A stretch of DNA of 64,000 nucleotides from Octopus sinensis (GCF_006345805.1 NC_042998.1:132370001-132434000), one strand, 5' to 3'; positions 12,256 through 27,200 are shown, counted from the stretch's first letter. Translations and numbers: made by a program. The notes: generated by a model from the letters alone, not told the origin.

Positions 12256-13589
12256 TCATTGTTATTGTCAGTCTTGCCCTTTCGCACCACAAATCTCTTG
12301 TCCTCATCTTTGATTTTTTTTTTTTTTTTTTTTTTTTTTTGCTATTTCATCTCTTTATTATCCCCAAAGTTTTGGCTCTTGTGGCCATTAAAAGCAATTA
12401 TAATTATTATTATTATTATTATTATTATTGGTTGTAGTAGTTGTGGTATCTATTTGTTACTCTGTTTATCATTTTATCTCATGCTCTTTCATGTCCTGTT
12501 TCACCCTGGCAGAAATTCCATGTCAACTTGACATAGTGCGTGTAGGTACATAAATAATCATGCGTATATGTAAAAAGGAAGGGTGGGCTGGGTACTGATT
12601 GTGATTATTGGGTTTTGTGATAATAGATTGTTGAGGTTATCGTTTAGCCCCAGGTCAGCTCTATATATAGCATGGGCGACTGCTGGTCTTCCATAAACAA
12701 TCTTGCCCAGACTTATGCCTGAGAGGGTAACTTTCTAGGTGCAATCCCATGGTCAGTCGTGACAGAAGCGGGTCTCAGCATGTAGATATAATATCTTTAT
12801 CATTTAATATCCACTTTTTCGTGCTTTTGTGGGTCAGATAGAATTTTTGCCCTTCCTGTTAAAAATTCTTACCTGTTTTCACGCAAGTAAAATGCACTAT
12901 TGAGATGTTGATCTACCTGAAACGATTGTAGAAAATACTTACCCGAGGTACCATGCATTGGGATCGAACCTAGATCCACAGGGTTGGAAAGCTGATTTCT
13001 CAACAGTACAAACTATGCCTATCTCTTTCTATATAATTATTTCAGGCATGTTCATGTATTGACAAATAGAAAATATATGTTCACTAGTCTGTGTATGTAC
13101 TTTTATGTGATGTGTGTGCATTTATCATTCATTCATTTGTTCATACCCACACACACACACACACATATATACACACACACACACACACACATATATATAC
13201 ACACACACGCATACACATTATTGTCCAAATTTTACTAGTGATCTTATTTCGCATTGTCTGCAATACTACCCCTACCAGCTTCTATTTACCTCTTTGTTTC
13301 CTACTCCTTTTCCTGTTCCCCCCTCCCCCATTTACCCACCACTACCCACTGTCATTTGACCTTTTGCTGTTTGTTATTACTTCTTGTTATCATGAGGAGA
13401 AGGACCTTTACCCCTGCAATGTTCCTGTCCCCGTTTTCCCCTGCTATCATGCCTTCTCCATGCATCCTCAATTTCTATCATTTCTTCCTCATCTCATCTC
13501 TCTCTCTCTCTCTCTCTCTCTTTCTTCCTACCATCATCACTATACTACTGCTGTTTTCCTAACATAGGTGCAAGGCCATGAGAGAGAGA

Positions 13590-14500
13590 GAGGTTACAGC
13601 CCATTAAAGATTGAATCAATACTCTACTTTTATTTTATCCATCGAAGAAGGATGAAAAGCAAAGCTGACCTTGTGGGGGGACTTGAATTTGGATATTAAA
13701 AAGGGCATAACTAAATATCACAAGGCATTATGCCAATACAATTATGATAATTATTATTCTTATTACTAATCATTGGCCTCAAGGAGTACAAAAAACATGT
13801 AGGACGATGCGAAAGACAAAGGACAGTGGGGATTACATAGAAAAATAACTAATAAAACAATTACAATTTGCATAATAAAGGTTCCTAATTTAGGCATATG
13901 GCCAACAATTTTGATTGGGGGATTATAGCAATACGATGAACTTTTTTTTCTTGATTGATACTTTAATGTATCAACCCTGAAAGGATGAAAGGCAGAGTAT
14001 GTTTTGAGCCCAGACTATAAAAAAAGCCAGAATAAATGCTGCAAAACCATTTTGCAAACACTCCAACATTTTCACCAAGCTGATGCCCTCATGTTGATGA
14101 TGATAGCAATGGCGGTAATTATTGTTTTTAATTTAGGCATAAAACTAGCAATGTTTTAGGGGAAAGAGTTAGTCTCATCCCCAGTACCCGATTGGTGCTT
14201 TATTCCGTTGGTCTAGGAAAGATTAAAGATTAAGGCAGCCTTCACACGATTCAGACTCAAGACATTAGCTGGAAAAACTGCCACAAGTCATTTCATCAAA
14301 CATTCTAAGGAATCTACAAATTCTCTCTCTCTCATAGGCACGAGTCTAGAAATATGAGTAAATTGGCTCCAGTACTTTGACCGTTCATTTATATAGGCAA
14401 AGTCGATCATGGTGGGATTTGAACTCAGAATATAAGAGGCTGTAGTCAAAATAACATGAGCCATTTGATCAATATTTAGTTAATAATAATTAGGATGATG
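13590..14500 (-). mobile_element. Chain of ~4 old SINE (family B) fragments
   Basis: Repeated AAAGGATGAAA..CAAAG..GACC...ATTTGAACTCAG segments, the reverse complement of the unit at 32480. Confidence 0.6.
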
Positions 14501-16267
14501 ATGATGATGATTAGTACTGCTGCTTTTATGTCCTCTCTCTCCCCAAATTTGGTATTTCCTTCCACTCTGACAATAGAGTCTTCCTGAAATGTTAAACTTT
14601 TCTCTTCCTGAATGGCATGAAATTTATTCCACATTTTGAACTGGATTGACAGAATTTGTTGAACATAAGAGAAGTATGCCTTGCAAGTTTTCAGTTATGA
14701 CTGAATTCTTTACCTTCTTGGTTCAACTCCTGCTAGTATTGACTTTTTGGCTTCCATAAAACTTTGTCCAAGTCCAGTATAGGAGGCAATTTTTTTTATC
14801 AAAAACGCACAGCCTACTCTAAGATTTGAGGCCTTGTGCCTAGGTTAGAAATGAATTTCCTGCATCAAAGTTCTGTCACCATCAGTCACTCCAGCATGGA
14901 TAGTGGAGGAGCATCTGCGTAGTTAGTTGCTCAACCTGCTAAGAATACCAACAAATTCTTCTCATCTTATCCTATTGGAAATGTATTCAGTCCTGGATGC
15001 ACTTGTCTGAAGAAAAGAATGAATAGTCATGGCTAGGTTTCTATTCAAGATCTTAATTCTGCACAAATCTAAGCACTGCTTTAGAGGAAATATAACAACA
15101 GTAACAACAACAACAGCAGCAGTAATGACAACAACAACACTAGCCACTCCAGTTGACTGTAAATAGTACCACTACTTATATCTGCACCAATAAACTACTA
15201 CTACTACTACTACCAGTGCTTGTACACCAATATGTACTAGAGTCAACACCAATAAACTTTTGGATGTTTGGTATTAATAAACAAAGGTTGCTTACAATGC
15301 ATAAAGGAAAAAATGATTTAATATGAAAAACGAAAGAAGAAAAAAAAAAAGATTTATCCACACCAGCTGCTTCAGTCACTACCAACCACCACCATCACCA
15401 CCATTATATTTTCAATTACCTCCCACTGTGCAGTGCAAAATCAGCATTAATATCCTACCACTTCACCACCACCGGTACCACTACCTCCACAACCACCACC
15501 ACCACACGTTGCACTTTAAAAAAACTTCAGTGTTGATGGTGGTGGTCAGTTTGGTTTGATGTGGGTTGTTTGTGGTTATGGTTTGATTGGTTTTTCACTG
15601 TAATTTAGCCACACACTTCCCCCTACTTATTAATTGTATTATTATTATTATTATTATTATAGACACTGACTCATCACTTTTTTGTTGCATTTCATTCAAT
15701 TTAGCCCCTACCCACATTCACTATTTGTTTCTTCCTGTCCCTCTATTTCTCTATTTTTGATCTCTAGTTCTCTCTTTGTGTCTCTGTCTATCTCTTCCCC
15801 TCATACATACATACATATGTGTGCGTTTGAGTATGTGTATGTGAGAGAGCGCGAGAGAGAGAGAGAAAGCCTATATCCCTTCTTGTCCTTCCCATGCTTC
15901 ATTTTTTTTCTATTCCCTCTACCACCTCCCATGCCTTGTTACTTAGCTAAAAATGATAATTGCATATCCACATTGATGAGGATGATGATGATGATGGTGA
16001 TAACGGTGTTGTTGATTCATAAAAAATTCATTCATTTTTATTATAAGCCCAGCCATAAACAGAATCTCATAATGAATGCTTTACCTACCACCGATCATGA
16101 AAGGTATTGGGAGTAAGGGTTCTCCACTCCTGTGCAAATAAGTGTGTGTGTGTAAATATATGACCATTATGTGTATTCCTTTCTCTCTACTGATGAGTGC
16201 AGTTGCTAGACAAGGTTAGCCATATGAAACCTTTAAATATAGATTTCTAACCCCAGCGACCATGCAT

Positions 16268-16349
<82 letters not shown>

Positions 16350-16378
16350 TTAGCCCAAATCAATCTATAAGCCTCTTT

Positions 16379-16444
<66 letters not shown>

Positions 16445-16481
16445 ACAGATTTTGTTGAATTTTCTGCTGCTTTAAATAAAG

Positions 16482-16515
<34 letters not shown>

Positions 16516-16519
16516 AGTG

Positions 16520-16715
16520 TATATCGTTAGCAATTTTTTTTTCCCTCCGTCTTCCCTTCTTTGGATCTTTCCTTTCCCTATGTTTCTGACAAAGAGCTCC
16601 GCTCGAAATGTTAAATCCTCCTCCTTCTTTCTTTCCTTTCCTGAGCGTCCAATAATACTATACTTGTTCCACGCCCTTGCGTTGTTGTGTTTTCATGTTT
16701 GGATTAACTATATAT
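16520..16715 (+). mobile_element. Penelope-like non-autonomous repeat end with a vestigial hammerhead core
   Basis: Second copy at 33676-33860. Contains GTTT-CTGACAA-AGAGCTCCGCTC-GAAATGTT-AAAT. Confidence 0.55.
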
Positions 16716-16737
16716 AGTTCCAATCTAATTTGATAAG

Positions 16738-16862
16738 GTTTCTATGGCTGGATGCACTTCTTAATGCCAACCACTCTGATAGTGTAGTGAGTGCTTTTTA
16801 CGTGCCACCAGCACAGGTGCCATTGACCTGACACCAGAATCCATGACTATGATCTCTCTTGG

Positions 16863-16919
<57 letters not shown>

Positions 16920-17195
16920 TATAAATGTGTGTGTGTATGGGTGCATGCGCATTTACACAAACATGTGTTTATAACTCTAGCTGTTGACATGGAAAAAAAA
17001 AAGCACTTGTGTCGATGTCATGTAAAATGTACCCAAGCTGGTGCCACATAAAAAGCATCCAGTACATTCTGTAAAGAGGTTGGCATTAGGAAGGGCATCC
17101 AGCCATAGAAATCATGCCAAAACAGACAATTGGGGCCTGGCCAGCTCCTGTCCGACCCATACCAACATGGAAAACGGGTGTTAAATGATGATGAT
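16738..17195. mobile_element. Two RTE-LINE 3'-end fragments in opposite orientation
   Basis: 16738-16812 and 17037-17111 are reverse complements of each other. The second copy ends in a (GAT)n tail. Confidence 0.75.
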
Positions 17196-18339
17196 GTGTG
17201 TGTGTGACACCATGAGAAAATAGATAAGGGTTAGCAATAGGAATGGAATTTGGCTGTAGAAAATCTGCCTTAAATTCTGACTCATGCAAAGCATGGAAAA
17301 GTGGATGTTAAATGACAATGATCTCTAACGTTTCTACCAATTTATGTGACACCAATGTTTTTGAATTAAATTCTGTAAATATTTGTAAGCCATGTACTCT
17401 TCTTCATGAATGTTATAGATGTCATTGCTTCTCCGAATTATCTCCATTACCCTTTGACAGTTGCATAATTCTACCACTAGCTGTGCATACAAACCTACGC
17501 CCACAAATACACACATTTAAGTACACAAATACTGATGTATGTCCTGAAACACATGCATCTGTGCAGACATACATTTATGCGTCTATATACACATGCACAG
17601 CTGTGCAGACAAACATCTGATGGGCATATGCTCACACACAAGTACACATCTACTCCTTTCTGTCTCTCCCCTCCCACTCGCTCATGTGGATGCACCAGTT
17701 CATGTATACTTGTACTCTCTCACAGACACAAACAAACTCATAAACCCAACACATATTTTCTCTCTCAGGAAAATTTTAGATAGGTCAGCTTAATCTGTGG
17801 CCCTGGTTGAACATATGAGCTTCTTGAATTGTCATGAGTGTTTGGGAAATGGGTGAAGGTTGGCAACAAGAAGGGCAGAAAACCTTGACAAATTCTATCT
17901 GATACATGCGAGCATGGAAAAATGGATTCTAAATGATGAGGATGACACTATGTTCTTCCTACATTTCAAATGCACCCGAAGTCCTTCAGAACAGTTATCT
18001 GTCACTACCATCACCCATCAAATCTGTGTTAATCCATTTGCAATCTCATCCATTGGTCACAGAAGATGATCATACTTTTTCTTTTGGTCATTATTATATC
18101 AGTATTAAAACCTATTCCAGTTGTTAGTTATAAATTTCCTTTTTTCAAATGACATCACTAACATCAAAATTATCAGCTTCTCATTTTGCTAATTAGCTGC
18201 CCAATTACTGCTAATTTGCAATTTGCAGCATATTTCCCAAACTGTCAATTTCAAACAGGATCTTGGCTGAAGAGACTGTTTGTTTTGCTTTTTCCACAAT
18301 GAATATTATCATTTGACTTCTACTTTTTAAGCATGATAT

Positions 18340-18428
18340 GGTTGGATATATATATATATATAACACACACACCACACATATATATATATATATATATAAT
18401 GCATACGCACCACACACACACACAGTAA

Positions 18429-18499
<71 letters not shown>

Positions 18500-18504
18500 C
18501 TACA

Positions 18505-18556
<52 letters not shown>

Positions 18557-18597
18557 CTACATATATATATATATATATCACATATAATAATATATAC

Positions 18598-18669
<72 letters not shown>

Positions 18670-18694
18670 GATACTATATATATATATATGATAC

Positions 18695-18759
<65 letters not shown>

Positions 18760-18775
18760 ATATATGTGTGTGTGT
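18340..18775. repeat. Long imperfect (TA)n array
   Basis: Direct reading. Confidence 0.95.
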
Positions 18776-19144
18776 GTCTGTGTCAATGCACATATGTCAA
18801 TGTCTTAGGAACAGGGGGTACAGGGGATGCAAGTGTGCACCCTAAAATTGTGTGGCAGTGAAAGCACTTTGAACATCCTCCTGAAAAACTTCATTGTCAA
18901 AATGAATGGACATAGAAACATTTGGAACTGATTCGAGCCATTACTTTTCCATCATTACAGGTATCCAATTTCTATTTATGCACAAATATTATTATTATTA
19001 TAATTATTATTATACCTGTGTTTGTTTTGATATTAAAATTGAAAATAAATCAACCTTGTTTGTGAAAAAGTTTCGAACTTAAGTTTGCACTCCTAAGCAA
19101 ATTTTGCTGCTGCACTTCTGTGCCTGTGTGTGTGAATATATCAT

Positions 19145-19817
19145 GGACTCTCCCGTCATTAGATGACGTATGAGGGTTCTGCAATTTCTTGCTGAACAAC
19201 CACACAGATGATTTGTTTATAGTGATCAAATGTTTGTGTTTACCTAAGTGCACTCCCTCCATCAAGTCGACATTACCTGTACAGGTGCATGACATACCCA
19301 AGTGCATGATGTACCACGCTACATGACATACCACATGCCAGACGACGAAATGTTCGCAGAGCAACATGAAATGAAGTACTTTGCTCAAGAACACAACGCA
19401 ACACCCTGTTTGGGAATTGAAACCATGATCTCACAATCGTGAGTGCAACAGTCTCACCATTAAGCCATGCGCCTTCACATACATGCCTACATATATATGT
19501 ATGTGTATACATAATGGACTCTCCCCATCGTTAGATGAAGTATGAGGGTTCGACAGTTTCTTACTGAACAACCACACACATGATTTTTGTTTATGGCGAT
19601 CAAATGTTGTGTAGACATAAGCTGACTCCCTTCATCAAATCAACATTACCTGTACAGGGGCAACCGGGTGCCACATGTCAGATGTTGAAATGACAGCAGA
19701 GCAACATGAAAGGAAATGCTTTGCTCAAGAACACAATGCAATGCCCGGTCTGGGAATCGAACCCACAATCTTGCAATTGTGAATGCAACACTCTAACCAC
19801 TTAGCCATACACCTTCG
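19145..19817 (-). mobile_element. Two tandem tRNA-derived SINEs (family D): 19145-19478 and 19516-19817
   Basis: Minus-strand head GAAGGCGCATGGCTTAATGG...GGTTTCAATTCCC (A/B-box-like). The two copies align; relatives lie at ~40880-41070 and ~63560-63810. Confidence 0.75.
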
Positions 19818-20369
19818 CTAAGGCTAAGTGTATATGTGTGTGTCATTATCATCATTGTTTAATGTTCATTTTCCATGCTGGTATGGATTGGATGGTTTGA
19901 CTGAGGTCTGGAAAGCCAGTGACTACATCAAGTTCCAATCTGATTTGGCAATATTTCTACAGTTGGATACCCTTCTTAATGCCAACCATTCTGAGAGTGT
20001 AGTGGGTGCTTTTTATGTGTATGTGTGTGTGTGTGAGTGTATCTATGCATGTGTGTATGTAAATATATTCACATATGCATCTTTTGATACACACATTAGC
20101 TAGGCACAGAAAACAAAAAAAAATAACCCACTCTTTACCCTATGTTTCATGTTATAATTACATAACTGATATTTAGCAAATAGTCATATTTTATGAACTC
20201 TGCCAAAATGTTTTACAATTTAAATAAAAGCATTTTGCGTGTGAAATCTATATGCCAGAGTGCTCTATTTATTCTGGAATTAATAGCTGAAACAGAGAAG
20301 TAATACAATAATAAATACTTGAAATTCAAAAATGTATTTTGGTTACCAATGGGCTCGATAGAAGATTGT

Positions 20370-20715
20370 AGTATGGTCCTCCTCTTGTGTCAAGGCATAT
20401 TCATGCTGTTGACGATTCGTGGCTTGTTCCTCCTCCGTTTATTTCTCTCTCTCCTTGCAACATCACTCAGGTCTTTCTCGCTCTGCATGTTCATTCTCTT
20501 CTTCATCCAGTCAAACATCTTCATTCTCTGCCTTCCTTTCCAGCTCAGTCTCCACCTTGTAACGCTCCATTCCGTCATCCTCTCTGAGAAAATGATCAAC
20601 GAATCTCTCCTATCTCTCTCTATGATAGTATCCATCAACTGTCTCCCCACTGTCATCCTCTTCAACACTTCCACATTCATCACCCTCTGTACCGACGAGA
20701 TTCTGAGCATTTTTA
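20370..20715 (-). mobile_element. RTE-clade LINE ORF2 C-terminal fragment
   Basis: MLRISSVQRVMNVEVLKRM...GRQRMKMFDWMK matches the RMLRISW.DRV.N.EVL.R...GRQR pattern. Confidence 0.75.
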
Positions 20716-20857
20716 TATAAAACCACATTTCTGTAGCTTTTGTGTCTCTTCTCCATGACTTTGCTTATCATCCAAGACTCGCATCCCTATGTTAGCACCA
20801 ATCAGTTGTAGAATAGTAATATATGATATAATTTAGTAAACAGAATTACATTACAAA

Positions 20858-20888
<31 letters not shown>

Positions 20889-21170
20889 TCAGGCAGTCAA
20901 GCAGAACCAAAATTTGAATTATTTAGTTAAATCAGTAAAGACCCTGTTGAATTTGCCATGGAGAGTGTGTATGTCTTTGTCCCCTGCCACCACTTGGCAA
21001 CTGGTGTTAGTATGTTTACATCCCCTGTAGCTTAGTGGTTCAGCAAAAGAGACTGATGGAATAAGTACCTGGCTTAAAAGGAAATAAGTACTAGGGTTGA
21101 TTCATTTGACTAAAAAGTTTTCAAGGTGATGCCCCAGCATAGCCACAGTCTAATGACTAAAACAGGTAAA

Positions 21171-21214
<44 letters not shown>

Positions 21215-22984
21215 GTTAAGAATAAAAGAGGCATTTTAGAATTATTTTTCTTGCAGGCTCTATTGTCTGTAAAGTTGGGGTCACTTTACTCAAACTACAA
21301 AAACAACAAAGAAGCCAAAAGAAAAACAAATGGGATATGGGTGGTCATTAGTTACAGACCACCCCTTTCAGCCCTGCTGCTAATGTTATTGTCAATATCA
21401 CTACTACTACTACTACTACTAGTTTGTATAGGGTGGTGAGTGGACCAGCAGAGGACAGAATGTCCTCTGGTATTTATTTATGAATCCTCCTCTTTATTAT
21501 GCTCCGGGTTCAAATCCTGCTGAAATTCACTTTATCTTTCTGATAAAATAATTACCAGTCAAGTACTTGGGGAAGTTAGGGTGACTCCCCTCCTCTCTCA
21601 TTCATCCTATCCATATCTTATCTTCCCCTATGGCCTTGTGTTTATTATGTTAGATAAAAATCACTATTACTCATGCTTGCTGTTGCTACTACTACTACTA
21701 CTGCCACCACCATCACCACCACCAAGATCTCAAAAATGCTGTAAGCCAGTTACCTTTTATCCAATCAATTAGTCCGTAGTTAATAAGGCTTCTAGATTTG
21801 TGTGCCTTGTGTTGGCTAGATGGTTAATTGGTCTGTTGGCTGGTTTGTGTGTGTGGGGGGGCTTATGTAACTCCTTATCAACACTGGACCCTACAAAATG
21901 CTTCCTGTATTTCTTCAGTGCACAGTAACCAAAAACAGTGTTTTCAAACTTCTCTTCATCTCTTTCTCCCTTTCTCTCTCAACTTTATTCTGTTTCTTAC
22001 ACTATCTCTCTTTATCCATTTCTTCCTCTGTCTTGTCTCAATCATCTTTCCTTTCATTCTCTTTGTCTATTCTCTCTCTCCCCTTGAACTTTTTTCATTT
22101 TTTTTTCCTCTTATCTATTTATCTCCCCTCTTTCTCTACACCTCTATGCTTTTTTTCATTTCTTACCTACCTTCCCAATCCTCATTAATGTTTTCTCTTC
22201 TCCATCTTTAGTATTTCCTCCTACATCTGTCTTCTTCCTTCTTTTCCGTGTCCTCTCACCATTCTTCTTCCTTCTTCACCCATCATGGGCAAACTGTAGC
22301 CCATGGGACATTCTGAATGGAACATCTCAAAAGAAAAAAATCACCTTGAATCTTTTACTATTAGCACAGACCACCTGATGAACCATGTCTCATACAGCCT
22401 GCTTCTCAAATAAGAAAAAAAAAAGTGCCAATGCTTCCTCTACGGGGCGGGGGGGGGGGTATTTTATAGAAACTTCTTTCAAAATTCTTATTTTGTTTTT
22501 CACACGTTCACTCATGTAGGTTGAATTATGTAAAATGTTAGAGAAAGAAACCTAGCTGTTTCTTGCAATACATACATCTAAGGCAAAAATATCTTTTCAG
22601 GAGCCTCTTTGGCATTCAAACCAGCCATATCGAGCCCAAATATTCTACCCTGTATTATGTTCAAACTGGCCAGATCAAGCCTCTCACACCTACCCTGCAA
22701 TGTTATTCTGAAAAATAAAAGCCCCACCCCATCAAAATCGTGAAGCGTACGATTAATTCACAACAATGTGAATAAATGACTATTACGTTCAACAAATCTG
22801 AACGCTAAAGGAATTAAAATGCTGTTGTGGGTTCCCCGATTTACTATCTTTTTGTTTTTTGCTTGGACCCACCCCTTCCCCCAGCAATCTTGTATGGACC
22901 CAGCACTGTACCAATGCTCTGCATACTTCTCTACCAGTTTCCAATTATTTGTTTTAGTTCTATCCAACATTACCTCTCATTAAA

Positions 22985-23070
<86 letters not shown>
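22985..23070. repeat. (CT)n microsatellite
   Basis: Direct reading. Confidence 0.95.
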
Positions 23071-23073
<3 letters not shown>

Positions 23074-23870
23074 CCCACCTCCACACATTTACCCCCAACC
23101 TTGACGCCGCCATCATCCACGTACACCATACACTCCGCACTGTCTTATTACTGTTAAGTTTTGTTACTTCAGACTGATTTGTTAAATTCTTTTAAAATTA
23201 TTGTAATTATCAGCCCTTGCCAAACGAGTGTGTTGTTGGTGCGCTGTTGCCGTTGGTTGCTCGTTACTGTTGTTTATTGCTCTTGTCACCTCCCCCCATC
23301 TCGCCCCACATATCCCTTCCACTGGCATTGTCATCACCATCGTCGTCATCATCATCATCATCATTGCTATCATTGTCCACCTATTACCATTGCTGTTAAG
23401 TGGTTCTGTTTGCAGAAGAGTGAGTGAAGGAGAGATAGAGAAGACAGAAGAAAAAAAAAAAAATTAAATTTAGAAAGAAAAAAAAAACCCCAAAAAAACT
23501 AAATAAAGAGATGTACTTTTAAAAGGTCAAGATTACATACTGCATGGTGGTGTAGAATTAGCTTTATCTGTAGACATAGGAGAGTATGTACGTATGTGGG
23601 TGTGTGTGCATGTGTGGTTGTGTCTGGGTATTGGGTGGGGGTGGGGGACTCATCTTTGATGTTGGATGCATTTTATTTGCATGTATGTATGACGCATTGT
23701 TGAAAATTAAGGAGCATGATAGCAGTGGGGAGGCTGATTAGGGAATGTATATATATGTATGAATGTGACCTGTACATCCGTGCCAGCACACACAACTTTC
23801 CTCACCACCACTTCTCCCGCAATACAATAAAATGATGAGGATCATATATATATATATATATATAATATAT

Positions 23871-23882
23871 AAAATACACACC

Positions 23883-23917
<35 letters not shown>

Positions 23918-24261
23918 GAATGGAGATGTCCTGTCAATAAAGAAGTGTTTTGAAATTGGTTTGTTTCAGAAAGAATCTGATAAGCTTATTGGACACATGG
24001 TCTCTCTTCCCCTCTCTTTCTCTCTCTCTCTCTCTCTCTCTGGGTCTCTTTTTACTCTTTTACTCTTATTTCAGTCATTTGATTGTGGCCATGCTGGAGC
24101 ACTTCCTTTAGTCGAGCAAATCAACCCCAGGACTTATCCTTTATAAGCCTAGTACTTATTCTATCGGTCTCTTTTTGCCAAACCACTAAGTTACAGGGGC
24201 GTAAATACACCAGCATCAGTTGTCAAGCGATGTTGGGAGGGGGGCAAACACAGACACACAA

Positions 24262-24294
<33 letters not shown>

Positions 24295-27200
24295 CACACG
24301 ATGGGCTTCTTTCAGTTTCCATCTACCAAATCCACTCACAAGGCTTGGGTCGACCTGAGACTATAGTAGAAGACACTTACCCAAGGTACCACCCAGTGGG
24401 ACTGAACCTGAAACCATGTGGTTGGTAAGCAAGCTACCTGGTGTAGTAAGGAGATGAATTACTTCAGATTTGAATGAATAAATAAACTCTGTTAAATTTA
24501 CTTTTTTCTCCCGTTAGCACACCTAAGTGTGTGTGTGTGTTTGTATGTTCGTCTGTGTGTCTGTCTTCCTCTCCCTCTCTCTCTGTATACATATATGTTT
24601 TGTTTACACTATTTGTATATAGTCATGGACTGGTGATTCAGTTCGCCTCTGATTCCATTCAGGTATGTGGTGTTGATATGCCACAAAAATATTGAAACAA
24701 CAATGTCCATCACTCCTGAATGGGATCTGGGGTGAGTTGTCTCACCAGTCTATGACTTTTCAGGTATTTTAGCTCCCAGTGCTTTGATGGAGTCATCTCC
24801 ACTGCACCAAGTTGCAGCCTGTTGGCAAACAAGCCAAGCACTTACCTTGAGTATGTGTGCTTTATAATGTTTCCGTATATAAAATTTCCACTTCAGTTTT
24901 TGCAATATTCTATAAAATATCTGTATATCTGTGACCTGGTTATTGACATATTACTGCAGTGACGTTGTTGTGGCAGTCTTCATTTTTCTCTTTGACACTG
25001 GTTTTTGACACTATCATAGATTAAAGCACACGTACATAGTATGTGTGTGTGTCTTATTTGGCTATCATGACTTTTTACGATGCAGTTATTATATATTGAG
25101 TGTAGACAGGTATATCTTAATTGATAAGGTGTTTGTCCATTGTTACAGTGGATTTTGTAACCTTTGTAGTGGTTCTGAGTCAACCAGAATTTTATCTACC
25201 ATTTTCAGTTCTTCTATCTCCACTCTCTTTTACTCACCTCACCCCCTGAAGGTTCACCCAGACACATCATTACCTCTGTCTTCATTGCTTCCCAGCTTTG
25301 TCCCAGTCATTCCCACCCTCTCTTCTAAAATGTAACTATGTAGCTCCTCTTCAGCAAGAAACCCATTCTGCTTTTGTCCTTTTTTCTCATGCTTCAAGCC
25401 CTCATCTCCAAGCACAACATAATGCTGCCTCTCTCAGGGTTTGTAGTTTTATAGTATTGTAACCTCGCTAGTGCAGGTGGCATGAAAAAAAGTACTCACT
25501 ACATGCTGTAAAGTGGTCAGTGTTGGGAAGGGCATCCAGTCATAGAAAACAAGCCAAAGTAGACTTTAGAACATCATGCAATCCATGAACCCATTAAATT
25601 CTGTCAAACCATCCAATCCATGCCAACATGTAACATGGATGTTAAATGATGATGCCCATGTGTGTGTGTGTTTGTGTGTATATGTATGTATGTGTGTATA
25701 TGTATGTATGTGTGTTATATATATATATATATAAAATACACACCCGTACACACACACACACACACACCACACACACACACACTGGAATGGAGATGTCCTG
25801 TCAATAAAGAAGTGTTTTGAAATTGGTTTGTTTCAGAAAGAATCTGATAAGCTTATTGGACACATGGTCTCTCTTCCCCTCTCTTTCTCTCTCTCTCTCT
25901 CTCTCTCTGGTCTCTTTTTACTCTTTTACTCTTATTTCAGTCATTTGATTGTGGCCATGCTGGAGCACTTCCTTTAGTCGAGCAAATCAACCCCAGGACT
26001 TATCCTTTATAAGCCTAGTACTTATTCTATCGGTCTCTTTTTGCCAAACCACTAAGTTACAGGGGCGTAAATACACCAGCATCAGTTGTCAAGCGATGTT
26101 GGGAGGGGGGCAAACACAGACACACAACACACACACACACACACACACACACCACACACACATATATACACACGATGGGCTTCTTTCAGTTTCCATCTAC
26201 CAAATCCACTCACAAGGCTTGGGTCGACCTGAGACTATAGTAGAAGACACTTACCCAAGGTACCACCCAGTGGGACTGAACCTGAAACCATGTGGTTGGT
26301 AAGCAAGCTACCTGGTGTAGTAAGGAGATGAATTACTTCAGATTTGAATGAATAAATAAACTCTGTTAAATTTACTTTTTTCTCCCGTTAGCACACCTAA
26401 GTGTGTGTGTGTGTTTGTATGTTCGTCTGTGTGTCTGTCTTCCTCTCCCTCTCTCTCTGTATACATATATGTTTTGTTTACACTATTTGTATATAGTCAT
26501 GGACTGGTGATTCAGTTCGCCTCTGATTCCATTCAGGTATGTGGTGTTGATATGCCACAAAAATATTGAAACAACAATGTCCATCACTCCTGAATGGGAT
26601 CTGGGGTGAGTTGTCTCACCAGTCTATGACTTTTCAGGTATTTTAGCTCCCAGTGCTTTGATGGAGTCATCTCCACTGCACCAAGTTGCAGCCTGTTGGC
26701 AAACAAGCCAAGCACTTACCTTGAGTATGTGTGCTTTATAATGTTTCCGTATATAAAATTTCCACTTCAGTTTTTGCAATATTCTATAAAATATCTGTAT
26801 ATCTGTGACCTGGTTATTGACATATTACTGCAGTGACGTTGTTGTGGCAGTCTTCATTTTTCTCTTTGACACTGGTTTTTGACACTATCATAGATTAAAG
26901 CACACGTACATAGTATGTGTGTGTGTCTTATTTGGCTATCATGACTTTTTACGATGCAGTTATTATATATTGAGTGTAGACAGGTATATCTTAATTGATA
27001 AGGTGTTTGTCCATTGTTACAGTGGATTTTGTAACCTTTGTAGTGGTTCTGAGTCAACCAGAATTTTATCTACCATTTTCAGTTCTTCTATCTCCACTCT
27101 CTTTTACTCACCTCACCCCCTGAAGGTTCACCCAGACACATCATTACCTCTGTCTTCATTGCTTCCCAGCTTTGTCCCAGTCATTCCCACCCTCTCTTCT

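Noticed and set aside
16187-16240. CTGATGA...GAAAC hammerhead-like spacing; similar CTGATGA at ~8228 and ~10394
   Set aside because: Stems II and III cannot be paired convincingly.
19430-19478. tRNA genes
   Set aside because: The A/B-box-like sequences are SINE heads and I could not fold a full cloverleaf.
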